A stretch of 64,000 bases of DNA from Planctomycetota bacterium. GTDB lineage: Bacteria > Planctomycetota > B15-G4. This document shows, piece by piece, positions 9,071 through 17,940 of this stretch (positions within the stretch are counted from its first letter, which is position 1; every line of letters starts with the position of its first letter). The stretch is from assembly GCA_036274635.1 (NCBI GenBank), contig DASUFI010000217.1, forward strand, positions 266 through 64,265, given 5' to 3'. The position numbers and the translations under genes are program-made. Below the pieces are notes generated by a model. The model searched no databases, was not told the origin of the DNA, and saw only the letters and a list, made by a program, of their open reading frames with translations.

Positions 9071-10141
9071 TCAGCCCAGCGCCCGCACCGCGTGCGCCTT
9101 GATGACGAGGTGCACGGTCGCGCCCGGCTGCAGGCCCAGCGCCGCGGCGGCCCGGCCCGTCACCTTGGCCACCCACTCCTCGCCGCCTGCCTCGATGCGC
9201 ACGAGGACATGGGCGCCCAGCGGCTGCAGCATCGCGACGCGGCCCGCCAACACGTTCTGCGCGGAGATGCGGCCGGGCGGGTCGACGGCCAGCAGGATGT
9301 CCTCGGCGCGCACGGCCACGCGCGCCGGCAGCGGGAAGCCGGGCGTGGCGGCCATCACGAGCCGGCAGCCGCGCGCCGTGCGCAGCGTCAGCGCGCCGCC
9401 ATCGGGCGGTCCTTCGGCCACGACGTCCAGCAGGTTCTCGGCGCCCAGGGCCTCGAGCGCGCCGAGCACCTCGGCCGAGGCGAAGACGTCGCGCGGCGCT
9501 CCCTGCGCCACGATGCGCCCGGCCTCCAGCACCAGCACGTGCTCGGCCAGCGCCGCGACCTCGTGCGGGTCGTGCGTGACCATCAGCATGGGTACGCCGG
9601 TGGCGCGCGGCAGCGCGGCGAGGAAGGGCACGATGCGCGCGCGCAGCGGGCGGTCGACCGCGGCCAGCGGCTCGTCCAGCAGCAGCACGTCCGGGTCGGA
9701 GGCCAGCGCGCGCGCCACGGCCACGCGCTGGCGCTCGCCGCCGGAGAGCGCGGCGGCGCGGCGCGCCAGCAGCGGCTGCAGGCCCAGCACCTCGACGGCG
9801 CGCTCCAGCGCGTCGCCGCGCGCACGCTCGCGGCCCGCGCGGCTGGCGGCGGCCCGCCGCGCGAACTCGAGCTGGCCGCGCACCGAGAGATGCGGAAAGA
9901 GCGCTGCGTCCTGCGGCACCCAGCCGACGCGGCGCGTGCGCGACGGCAGGCCGTCCACGCGCCGCCCGCCCAGCACGATCTCGCCGCGCACCTCGGGCCG
10001 CAGGCCGGCCAGCGCCTCGAGCAGCGTGCTCTTGCCCGAGCCACTGGCGCCGAAGAGCGCGGTGGCGGGCGCATCCCAGGCGGCGCGGGCATCGAGCTGG
10101 AAGTCCCCGTAGCGGGCGGCCAGGGCGAAGGAGCTGCTCAT
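9071..10141 (-). CDS. modC: Molybdate ABC transporter ATP-binding protein with C-terminal TOBE/Mop domain
   Basis: It has Walker A GASGSGKST, the ABC signature LSGGERQRVAVARAL and Walker B LLLDEP, plus a C-terminal Mop domain. The start ATG at 10141 overlaps the modB stop (ATGA). Confidence 0.9.
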   Translation of the reverse strand: MSSSFALAARYGDFQLDARAAWDAPATALFGASGSGKSTLLEALAGLRPEVRGEIVLGGRRVDGLPSRTRRVGWVPQDAALFPHLSVRGQLEFARRAAASRAGRERARGDALERAVEVLGLQPLLARRAAALSGGERQRVAVARALASDPDVLLLDEPLAAVDRPLRARIVPFLAALPRATGVPMLMVTHDPHEVAALAEHVLVLEAGRIVAQGAPRDVFASAEVLGALEALGAENLLDVVAEGPPDGGALTLRTARGCRLVMAATPGFPLPARVAVRAEDILLAVDPPGRISAQNVLAGRVAMLQPLGAHVLVRIEAGGEEWVAKVTGRAAAALGLQPGATVHLVIKAHAVRALG

Positions 10142-10809
10142 CGCGCCCTCCGCCGCAGCCACACTTCGGCCGCCCAGGTGCTGGCGAGCGCCAAGACCAG
10201 CGAGACGCCCGCGAGGAGCAGCGCCTGCTCGTCCTGGAATTGGTGGATGCGCGCGTAGATGCCGAGCGCCAGCGTCTCGGTGCGGCCCGGGATGTTGCCG
10301 GCCACCACCGTCGTGGCCCCGAACTCTCCCAGCGAGCGCGCGAAGGCGAAGAGCGAGCCGTGCAGCAGGCCGCGCGCCGCGAGCGGCAGCGTGACGCGCG
10401 CGAAGACGCGCCAGCGCGAGGCGCCCAGCGTGGCCGCCACGTGCTCCAGCCGACGCGGCACGCCCGCGAAGGCCTGCTCGGCGCCCAGCACCAGCAGCGG
10501 CAGGCTCATGACCGCCGAGGCGAGGGCCGCCGCCTTCCACGTCAGCAGCACCGGGCCGCCCAGCAGCGACTCCGCCAGCCGCCCGCTGGCTGCGCGCGTG
10601 GACAGCAGGCGCAGCAGCAGCAGGCCCACCGCCACCGGCGGCAGCACCATGGGCAGCGTGACGAGCACGCGCAGCAGCGTGCGCCCGGGAAACTCGCGCC
10701 GCGCCAGCAGCCAGCCCAGTGCGGTGCCCGGCACCAGCAGCGCGAGCGTGGACACCAGGCCGACCTTGAGGGTCAGGCCGAGGATGTCGAGCAGCGTCGC
10801 GCCGTCCAC
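10138..10809 (-). CDS. modB: Molybdate ABC transporter permease
   Basis: It is a 5-TM ABC permease with the EAA-like loop ATLGASRWRVFARVTLPLA. Confidence 0.9.
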   Translation of the reverse strand: MDGATLLDILGLTLKVGLVSTLALLVPGTALGWLLARREFPGRTLLRVLVTLPMVLPPVAVGLLLLRLLSTRAASGRLAESLLGGPVLLTWKAAALASAVMSLPLLVLGAEQAFAGVPRRLEHVAATLGASRWRVFARVTLPLAARGLLHGSLFAFARSLGEFGATTVVAGNIPGRTETLALGIYARIHQFQDEQALLLAGVSLVLALASTWAAEVWLRRRAR

Positions 10810-10812
10810 GCG

Positions 10813-11601
10813 TCAGGGGTTCGGGCGCAGGAAGCCCAGCGCAGCGGCGCGCTTGAGGAAGACATCGCTGCCCAGCCACTCGACGTAGGCGTGACCGACG
10901 TCGTGCCCGCCGTGCACCGCCGCCGCGACGTACTGGATACCGGCGTCGTCGGCCGGAGGCGCCTGCCACAGCAGCTTGCTGTCCCTGGCCAGGCGCGCGT
11001 CGGTCAGGTAGACGAAGGCCGTGTCCACGGTGCCAGCCTCCACCAGCGCCAGCGCCGCGCGCACGTCATCGGCATGGGTGATGCGCGGCTGCAGGCCGGT
11101 CAGGAGGCCCTTCTTCTCCAGGTAGCTGCGCGCGTACTTGCCGGCGGGCACGGCCGGGCCGGCCAACGCGATCGACCAGCTGCCCGCGGCCAGCGCGGCG
11201 GGGTCGGCGGGCGGTGACGCCAGGTCCTTGCGTCCGACCATCGCCAGCGTGTTGCCCAGGAAGACGCGCCGCGTCGCGGCGTCCAGCTTGTCCCCGAGGC
11301 GATCGAGGTTGGCGGCGTCGGCCGACAGGAAGGCGTCGAAGTCGCCGCCCTCCTCGATCTGGCGCGAGAGCGTCGACGAGGCCTCGAAGGAGAAGCTGGG
11401 CATCACGCCGTGGGCCGTCGCGAAGTCCGTGGCGGTGGCCGCGAGCAGGTCGCGCAGCGAGGCGGCGGCGGCCACGGTGAGCGTCTCGGTCGGTCTGGGG
11501 GGAACAGCCGTCGCGTCGGCGGCCCTGGAGGCCTCGGCCTCGCCGCACGCGGCGGCGGCGAGGAGCAGGACGGGTGCGAGCAGGCGCTGGACGGCGGACA
11601 C
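10813..11601 (-). CDS. modA: Molybdate ABC transporter substrate-binding lipoprotein
   Basis: It has a periplasmic binding fold (TVAAAASLRDLL..., FDAFLSAD, KYARSYLEKKGL). The start is the GTG at 11601 (VSAVQRLLAPVLLLAAAAC lipobox), with GGAG upstream. The upstream part of the track ORF is junk. Confidence 0.85.
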   Translation of the reverse strand: MSAVQRLLAPVLLLAAAACGEAEASRAADATAVPPRPTETLTVAAAASLRDLLAATATDFATAHGVMPSFSFEASSTLSRQIEEGGDFDAFLSADAANLDRLGDKLDAATRRVFLGNTLAMVGRKDLASPPADPAALAAGSWSIALAGPAVPAGKYARSYLEKKGLLTGLQPRITHADDVRAALALVEAGTVDTAFVYLTDARLARDSKLLWQAPPADDAGIQYVAAAVHGGHDVGHAYVEWLGSDVFLKRAAALGFLRPNP

Positions 11602-11628
11602 GGCCTTCGCGCTCCGGAGGACGGGTAG

Positions 11629-11648
11629 GACTAAGCCATAGCTTAGTC
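11629..11648. promoter_or_regulatory. Palindromic operator candidate upstream of modA
   Basis: GACTAAGC-CATA-GCTTAGTC has perfect 8-bp inverted arms, 28-47 nt upstream of the modA GTG and just downstream of the modE-like stop. It is a plausible molybdate-regulator binding site. Confidence 0.35.
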
Positions 11649-11675
11649 GCCCGCGCGCCCGGCCCGCCACCCTGC

Positions 11676-12125
11676 TCAGCGCACGGCCAGGATCACGTCC
11701 GTGGCCTTGATGATGGCCGTGGCCGCCTTGCCGGTCTTCAGGCCCAGCCGCTTCACGCTGGCCGAGGTGATGACCGAGGTCACGCGCACACCCGGCGCGA
11801 TCTCGAGGATGACCCGGCTGGACACCGGCCCGACATCCACCTCGATGACCTTGCCCTGCAGCGCATTGCTCGCGGACAGCTTCATGTTCTCGACCTCCAC
11901 GATCTCGATGAACGCGCGGTTGAGCGCCCGTGCCAGGCGCGCCGCGTGCCGGCCGCCGCCCCGACCGGGCGGCGCTGCCAGCGCGCGCAGCAAGCCGGTC
12001 TGGTGACGGCCGGGACGCAGCACGCCCCGCTCCCACTTGCTCACCGTGATGGGGTGCACGCCCACCAGCTCGGCCAGCGCCGCCTGCGTGAGGCGGGCGC
12101 GGCGGCGCAGGGCGCGGACGTCCAT
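11676..12125 (-). CDS. ModE-like molybdenum-responsive regulator with atypical architecture (XRE-type HTH + single TOBE/Mop domain)
   Basis: The start ATG is at 12125. The N-terminus RLTQAALAELVGVHPITVSKWERG is a Cro/C1-type HTH. The C-terminus NMKLSASNALQGKVIEVDVGPVSSRVILEIAPGVRVTSVITSASVKRLGLKTGKAATAIIKATDVILA is a Mop domain. Confidence 0.7.
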   Translation of the reverse strand: MDVRALRRRARLTQAALAELVGVHPITVSKWERGVLRPGRHQTGLLRALAAPPGRGGGRHAARLARALNRAFIEIVEVENMKLSASNALQGKVIEVDVGPVSSRVILEIAPGVRVTSVITSASVKRLGLKTGKAATAIIKATDVILAVR

Positions 12126-12190
12126 CGCAGGCTCCGGGGAGCGGGCGCGGAGTCTAGCAGCCGCGCCCTGGCCGGCGCGCACGGCCACGC

Positions 12191-13126
12191 TCAGGCCGCC
12201 GCGCGCGCCTCGCTGGGGGTGACGCGCCGCGTCTCGCGCGCGCCGCGCCGCAGGAGGACGACGTCGAGCTCGCGGCCGATGGCCGGGCCGCCGAGCGCGC
12301 GCAGCAGGTCGGCCACGGTGCGCACCGGCGCGCCGCCCAGCTGCACGACGACGTCGCCGGCCGCGAGCCCCGCCGAGGATGCCGGCGTCCCGGGCTCCAC
12401 GCGCCGCAGCGCCACGCCGCGCGGCTCCGCGAGCCCCGCAGCCCGCGCCGCGGCCGCTGGCAGCAGCACCTCCTCCACCGCCACGCCCAGCCACGCGCGC
12501 CGCACGCGCCCGTGCGCCAGCAGCTCGCCGATCACGAAGCTGGCCGTGTTGGCCGGCACCGCGAAGCACAGCCCCTGCGCCGGCATGAAGATGGCGGTGG
12601 CGATGCCCGTCACGCGCCCGTCCGCATCCAGCAGCGGCCCGCCGCTGTTGCCGGGGTTCAGCGGCGCGTCGGTCTGGATGATGCCCTCCAGCGCGCGCCC
12701 GCCGCGCCCGGGCAGCGTGCGCCCCAGCGCCGAGACGATTCCGGCCGTGACGGAGAAGGTGAGGCCGAAGGGCGAGCCCACCGCAGCCACCCAGTCGCCC
12801 ACGCGCAGGGCGTTGCTGTCGCCCAGCGTCGCGTGCGGCAGCGGCGCGGCCAGCGGCACGCGCAGCACGGCCAGGTCCGTGGCCGGGTCGTCGCCCAGAA
12901 CGTCGGCCAGCGCGGTGCGCCCGTCGGCCAGCGTGGCCTCCACGCCCGTGGCCCCGTGGACCACGTGGCTGTTCGTGAGCGCGAGCCCGTCGGGCGCCAC
13001 GAGGACGCCCGAGCCGGCGCCGAGCCCCTCGCGCCCGCCGTGCAGCGCGCGCAGGTGCAGGACGGCGGGACCGACGGCGTCGACGACCGCCGCCACTTCA
13101 TTGGACAGGGTGCGGAGCATGTTCAT
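12191..13126 (-). CDS. Trypsin-like serine protease, HtrA/DegP (S1C) family with PDZ domain
   Basis: The start ATG is at 13126 (MNMLRTL). It has the catalytic His/Asp/Ser pattern (TNSHVV, DLAVLRV, GNSGGPLLD) and a C-terminal PDZ-like segment. Confidence 0.8.
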   Translation of the reverse strand: MNMLRTLSNEVAAVVDAVGPAVLHLRALHGGREGLGAGSGVLVAPDGLALTNSHVVHGATGVEATLADGRTALADVLGDDPATDLAVLRVPLAAPLPHATLGDSNALRVGDWVAAVGSPFGLTFSVTAGIVSALGRTLPGRGGRALEGIIQTDAPLNPGNSGGPLLDADGRVTGIATAIFMPAQGLCFAVPANTASFVIGELLAHGRVRRAWLGVAVEEVLLPAAAARAAGLAEPRGVALRRVEPGTPASSAGLAAGDVVVQLGGAPVRTVADLLRALGGPAIGRELDVVLLRRGARETRRVTPSEARAAA

Positions 13127-13200
13127 GGCGGCGGGAGATAGCACGGGCGCGCAGGGCCGTGAGTGCGGCCCGCAGCCTGCAAGGTCCAGGGTCGCGACGC

Positions 13201-14568
13201 TCAGCTGTCCTTGAGCGACGCGAGCCACTCGTCGACCGTCGCGAGCTGCGTCGAGCCGGGCACCTGGCCCAGGACGTCGTGCGCCTCGCTCAAGGCCGCT
13301 CGGGCCGCGGCCAGCTGGCTGCGGTCCCGGCCGCCGTGCAGCAGGCAGACCGCCTGCAGGAACAGGCTCCCTCCGCAGCCCGCGAGGTCGCCGCCCTGCC
13401 TGCGCAGCTGCGCCGCCCGCGCCGCCAGGGAGGCCGCCTGCGACCAGTCACCCGCCGGATTCATGGTCTCCTGCAGGCACCACGCCTGCTCGTGCAGGCT
13501 CTGGCCCGCGCCCGCCAGGTCGCCGGCCTGCTCCAGCAGCGCCGCCGAGCGCGCCAGCAGCTCCACGGCCTGCGCCCACGTGCCGGCGGGATTGACCGAC
13601 GGCTGCAGGCAGTGCGCCTGGGCGAAGAGGCTCTCGCCGCACGCCGCCAGGTCGCCGGCCTGCTCGCGCAGCTTCGCGGACCGGGCGAAGAGCGCCGTGG
13701 CCTGGATCCAGTCGCCCTTGACGTCGTGGTCGGGCTGCAGGCACCAGGCCTGCCAGTACAGGCTCCGCGCGCAGCCCGACAGGTCGGGCACCTGCTCCCG
13801 GGCGCGTGCCGAGCGCGCGAAGAGCTCCGCGGCCTGCTTCCAGTCGCGGGAGGTTTGCTCTTGCGGGCCGAGGCACCACGCCTGCTCGAACAGGCTGTCT
13901 CCGCTGCCTGCGGCGTCGCCCGCGGCGTCCCGCGCCTGCGCCGCCCGTCCGTACATCGCGGCCGCGAGCGCCCAGTCGCCGCCGGGCACGAGATCCGGCC
14001 TGAGCGACTCGGCCGCGGCGTGCAGGCAGGCGCCGCGCACCATCGGATCCGCACGCTCGGCGCGCGCCTCGAAGGCCTGCGCCAGGTCGTGGCGCAGCGC
14101 CTGCGCCTTCTCGACCCTCCGCGGCTCGACGCGCTCGCAGAGCCGCGCCAGGGCATTCGCGATGAAGGGGCTCTCGACGCCGTCGCGCTCGATCTGGGCC
14201 CTGATCCGCTGGACGTCAGCCGACTCCTTGGACCCCGCAGCGGCCCAGTTGGCCTGCACGACGTTGTGGATCTGCTCCGCCGTCATGCCGTCCAGCGTGA
14301 GCCCCGTGCCCGCCCACGCGCTGGCCTCGTCCGAGCGCGGATCGATCCGGGCGAGGTCGTCCCACATCCCGAGCTCGATCATGCGCCCCGCGGCCTGCAG
14401 GCTGCCGCGCGCGGCGGCGTCGACCAACGCCTTCCGCTGGAGCACCGGCGCCAGCGTCAGAGCGCGGCGGTAGAGCGCCTCGGGCGATGCGTCCCGGGAC
14501 TGCGCCACGACGTCCGCCGGGACGAACAGCAGCAGCGGGATGGCGTGCACCAGCGTCCGCGCGAACAA
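13201..14568 (-). CDS. Secreted protein with about five tandem 40-residue repeats (consensus QAWCLQP...GDW.QA..LFARSA.LREQAGDLAGCG.SL)
   Basis: The repeat region has a strongly periodic sequence, with about 120-bp DNA tandem repeats over 13330-13960. The proposed start is the TTG at 14568 with GGAGG 7 nt upstream, giving MFARTLVHAIPLLLFVPADVVA-QS as signal peptide. The upstream part of the track ORF is antisense to chrA. Confidence 0.6.
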   Translation of the reverse strand: MFARTLVHAIPLLLFVPADVVAQSRDASPEALYRRALTLAPVLQRKALVDAAARGSLQAAGRMIELGMWDDLARIDPRSDEASAWAGTGLTLDGMTAEQIHNVVQANWAAAGSKESADVQRIRAQIERDGVESPFIANALARLCERVEPRRVEKAQALRHDLAQAFEARAERADPMVRGACLHAAAESLRPDLVPGGDWALAAAMYGRAAQARDAAGDAAGSGDSLFEQAWCLGPQEQTSRDWKQAAELFARSARAREQVPDLSGCARSLYWQAWCLQPDHDVKGDWIQATALFARSAKLREQAGDLAACGESLFAQAHCLQPSVNPAGTWAQAVELLARSAALLEQAGDLAGAGQSLHEQAWCLQETMNPAGDWSQAASLAARAAQLRRQGGDLAGCGGSLFLQAVCLLHGGRDRSQLAAARAALSEAHDVLGQVPGSTQLATVDEWLASLKDS

Positions 14569-14691
14569 GCTCCAGCCTCCGATCGTCCTGGTCCCGGAAG
14601 AAGGGATATCGGCCAGCGTGGCTGGACGACTCCACTCCCCCCGGACGACGGGCCCCGAGCATCGGCCCGGACGCGTCCGGCGCCACGTACG

Positions 14692-15704
14692 ATGCCGGGC
14701 ATGGCCGCGCCCCACCACGGCATCCCCTTCCGCGAGGCCCTGGCCACGTGGGCGCGCATCGGCCTCGAGTCCTTCGGCGGCCCCGCCGGCCAGATCGCCG
14801 TGATGCACCGCGTGCTGGTCGAGGAGAAGCGCTGGATCTCCGAGCAGCGCTTCCTGCACGCCCTGAACTACTGCATGCTCCTGCCCGGCCCGGAGGCGAT
14901 GCAGCTGGGGGTGTACGTCGGCTGGCTGCTGCACCGCACGCTCGGCGGCCTCGTGGCCGGCATCCTGTTCGTGCTGCCCGGCGCGCTGGCCATCCTCGGC
15001 CTGTCCATCGTCTACGCCACGTGGCATCACGTGGCCTTCGTCGAGGGCCTGTTCTTCGGCCTCAAGCCGGCGGTGCTGGCGGTGGTCATCGAGGCCGTCC
15101 TGCGCATCGCCCGGCGCGCGCTGGGCAACGCCACGCTGACCGCGCTGGCGGCGGCGACCTTCGTGGCGCTGTTCTTCTTCGACGTGCCCTTCCCCGTGGT
15201 GGTCGTCGGCGCCGCCGCGGTCGGCCTCCTCGGCGGGCGCGTCGCGCCGGAGCGCTTCGAGTCCCGCGGCACCCATGCGCCGGCGGGCGCCGGCGCGGCG
15301 GCCGTGGACGCGATGCTGGACGAAGCGGTCCCGGAGCACGCGCGCGCCTCGCTGCGCGGCAGCCTGCGCGTCGCGGCCGTCTGGATGGCGCTGTGGTGGA
15401 CGCCGCTGCTGCTGCTCCTCGCCGTCCGCGGCGTGCGCGACACCTGGCCATCACGGCCGCGGTCGTGGGCGTCATCCTGAACCTCGCCGTGTGGTTCGCG
15501 CTGCACGTGCTGTTCGGTGTGGTCGAGACGCGGGCCGCCGGGCCGCTGAGGCTGCAGGTGCCGGACCCCGCCACCCTGAACGTGCCGTCCCTCGTGCTGG
15601 CGGCGGGCGCGGCCGTGGCGACCTTCAAGTTCCGGGCGCGCATGCTGCCCGTGCTGGGCATGTGCGCGGCGGCCGGCGCGGTGTGGAGGCTGGCCACGCG
15701 CTGA
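14692..15704 (+). pseudogene. chrA: Chromate transporter ChrA with internal deletion and frameshift
   Basis: The N-terminal CHR domain is intact (GLESFGGPAGQIAVMHRVLVEEKRWISEQRFLHALNYCMLLPGPEA). The second domain starts normally (AAVWMALWWTPLLLLLAVRGVRDTW), then the frame terminates at 15480. A different frame continues with only the extreme C-terminus of ChrA (AITAAVVGVILNLAVWFALHVLF...), so about 110 codons of domain 2 are missing. The junction is near 15445. Confidence 0.6.
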
Positions 15705-15748
15705 GCCGGCGGCGCAGGGGCTTGGGGCGATGTCCTCCCCGCGTCCCG

Positions 15749-15795
15749 TGAACTGAAGCGACGCATATGCAGTGCACGTGCGTCGCTTCAGTTCA
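15749..15795. terminator. Hairpin between the convergent chrA remnant and alpha/beta hydrolase genes
   Basis: It has perfect 17-bp inverted arms TGAACTGAAGCGACGCA / TGCGTCGCTTCAGTTCA with a 13-nt loop. There are no flanking U-tracts, so termination function is uncertain. Confidence 0.3.
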
Positions 15796-15832
15796 TGGGA
15801 CGCGTCCGACCCTCATGGGGCCGAATGGGGGC

Positions 15833-16645
15833 TCAGCCCCGCGCCGGCCCGGGCAGCGCCAGGAACTCGAGGAGCGCCGCGCTCACCGCGCCGGGCTGCT
15901 CCACCGGCGTGAGGTGCCCGGCGTCGCGCACCTGCACGAAGCGGCTGCCCGGTACGGCCGCCGCCAGCGCGCGCATCTCGTCGCGGGTCGAGATGACGTC
16001 GTGCTCGCCGCAGAGAACCAGGGTCGGCAGGCGCAACGCAGCGAGCAGGCCGCGGCTGTCGGGCCGCGCCGCCATGCCGCGCTGCGCGGCGGCGATGCCG
16101 CGCGGGTCGGCGCGGAGCATGAGCTCACGCACGCGCCTCACGACCTCGGGGTCGCGGCGGACACGGTCGGGGGCCAGCAGCCGCGGCAGCATGGCGTCGG
16201 CGGCCACGGCCGAGCCCTCCGCGAGCACGCGGTCCGCCATGGCGAGCCTGCCGGCCGCGCCTTCGGGCGTGTCGGCGGCGGCGCGCGTGTCGATGGCCAC
16301 CAGCGCGGCGAGCCGCCTGCCGTGGCGCTGGAGGAAAGGCCAGCCGACGTAGCCACCCATCGAGAAGCCCACGTAGGTGAGCGGCTCGGCGACGTGCAGG
16401 GCGTCGAGGATGCCGGCGAGGTCGTCGGCCATGCGCGCCATGCCCACGCTGCCGTCGGAGACGATGCTGCCGCCGAAGCCGCGGAGGTCCGGGGCGAGGA
16501 TGCGGGCGTGCGGGGCGAGCGCGGGGACGACCGCGTCCCACATCGTGCGATCGAAGGGGAAGCCGTGGACCAGCAGCAGCGGCGGGCCGCGGCCCTCGTC
16601 GCGGACCGCGAAGCGCTCGCCGGAGACGTCCAGCTCGTGCAGCAC
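15833..16645 (-). CDS. Alpha/beta-fold hydrolase
   Basis: It has the HGFPFD oxyanion region, the nucleophile elbow GFSMGG and a C-terminal DAGH histidine. Translation starts at the GTG at 16645, 22 nt after the upstream peroxidase gene, suggesting an operon. Confidence 0.75.
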   Translation of the reverse strand: MLHELDVSGERFAVRDEGRGPPLLLVHGFPFDRTMWDAVVPALAPHARILAPDLRGFGGSIVSDGSVGMARMADDLAGILDALHVAEPLTYVGFSMGGYVGWPFLQRHGRRLAALVAIDTRAAADTPEGAAGRLAMADRVLAEGSAVAADAMLPRLLAPDRVRRDPEVVRRVRELMLRADPRGIAAAQRGMAARPDSRGLLAALRLPTLVLCGEHDVISTRDEMRALAAAVPGSRFVQVRDAGHLTPVEQPGAVSAALLEFLALPGPARG

Positions 16646-16667
16646 GGGCCTGCCCGGCGGCCGCGGC

Positions 16668-17858
16668 TCAGGGGCCCGGCGGCAGCGGCGGGGCCGGCAT
16701 GTCGCAGGGCTCGTCCAGGGTCTTCAGGAATTCCAGCAGGTCGGCGCGCTCGTTCGGCGCCAGCTGGACGGGCTTGAGCTTGTCGGTGGAGAGCGAGGGG
16801 TTGGGCTTGCCGCCGGCGAGCATGAGGTCCACGGCCTCCTCGAGCGTGGCCACGGAGCCGTCGTGGAAGTAGGGGGCGGAGTCGGCGATGTCGCGCAGCG
16901 TGGGCGTCTTGAAGGCGCCCTTGTCCTGATCGAGGTTGGTGACCTTGAAGCGGCCGAGGTCCGGGTCCGCCTTGTCCATGCCGATGCCGACGTTGTGGAA
17001 CTGCATGTCGGTGAGCAGGACGCCGGAGTGGCACTGGAAGCAGCCGGCGCGCTGGAAGACGTCCCAGCCGCGGACGGCGGCTTCAGGGATGGCGGTGGTC
17101 TTGCCGGCCAGCCAGGCGTCGAAGGGCGTGTGGCCGCCGACGATGGTGCGCATGTAGGAGGCCAGCGCCTTGGTCACGTTGTCCGAGGTGACGGGGCCGC
17201 CGAACACCGACTGGAACTGCTCGCGGTAGCCGGGCACGGTGTCGAGCTGCGCGACGATCGTCTCGGGATCGGTCGCGCCCATGTTGGCCCCCTTCCACGC
17301 CCCCATCGCCTGCTTCTCCAGCGTCGGCGCGCGGCCATCCCAGTAGATGGCCCACAGGTAGCCGACGTTCCACATGCTCGGCGCCGACCGCGTGAGCGGC
17401 TTGTCGAAGGCGCCCTTGCCCAGCGCGAGGCCGTCGGTGAGGCCGTGCTCGCACACGTGGCAGCCGTAGCAGGAGTGCTTGCCGTCGCCGGAGAGGCGCG
17501 GGTCGTAGTAGAGCTGCCGGCCCAGCGCGGCCTTCTCGGGCGTGAGCGGGTTGTCCGCCGGGATGTCCATGGGCTGAAAGCCCGGCAGCGGCGCGTAGGC
17601 GGACGGGTCGCCCGGCAGCGGGGTCACTTGCGGGTGGAAGGTGCTGCCCGCGGTCGCGGCGGCCGCCGGGCCGGCGGGCGCGGCGGCGTCCGGGGCCTTC
17701 TGCGCCGCGGCCGGAGCCGGGCTCGCGCTGGCCTCGGGCGCGGGCTTGGCTTCCGCGGCAGGCGGATGCTCCTCGACGATCTTCTTGTGCTCGCCCTCGC
17801 CGGTGCAGGCGGCGAGCGCAGCCAGACCGAGGATCACGCAGCTCCGTCGCAGTGTCAT
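16668..17858 (-). CDS. Di-haem cytochrome c peroxidase (CCP/MauG family) lipoprotein
   Basis: It has two CxxCH haem motifs (CYGCH and CFQCH). The start ATG at 17858 gives a lipoprotein signal MTLRRSCVILGLAALAAC, with GGAGGA upstream. Confidence 0.85.
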   Translation of the reverse strand: MTLRRSCVILGLAALAACTGEGEHKKIVEEHPPAAEAKPAPEASASPAPAAAQKAPDAAAPAGPAAAATAGSTFHPQVTPLPGDPSAYAPLPGFQPMDIPADNPLTPEKAALGRQLYYDPRLSGDGKHSCYGCHVCEHGLTDGLALGKGAFDKPLTRSAPSMWNVGYLWAIYWDGRAPTLEKQAMGAWKGANMGATDPETIVAQLDTVPGYREQFQSVFGGPVTSDNVTKALASYMRTIVGGHTPFDAWLAGKTTAIPEAAVRGWDVFQRAGCFQCHSGVLLTDMQFHNVGIGMDKADPDLGRFKVTNLDQDKGAFKTPTLRDIADSAPYFHDGSVATLEEAVDLMLAGGKPNPSLSTDKLKPVQLAPNERADLLEFLKTLDEPCDMPAPPLPPGP

Positions 17859-17940
17859 GGCAGTCTCCTCCAGCCGCGGCCGACCGCGGGGCTGCCACGC
17901 TAACAAACGGCACCCGACACCGGCGGGCCGGCCCGCTGGC

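Noticed and set aside
13159-15480. 773-aa plus-strand ORF treated as one gene
   Set aside because: Only the part from 14692 onward is genuine chrA. The 5' 1.5 kb is antisense to the repeat-protein gene.
15767-16777. Plus-strand ORFs antisense to the alpha/beta hydrolase
   Set aside because: They are Arg/Ala-rich with no motifs. The minus-strand hydrolase has clear catalytic motifs.
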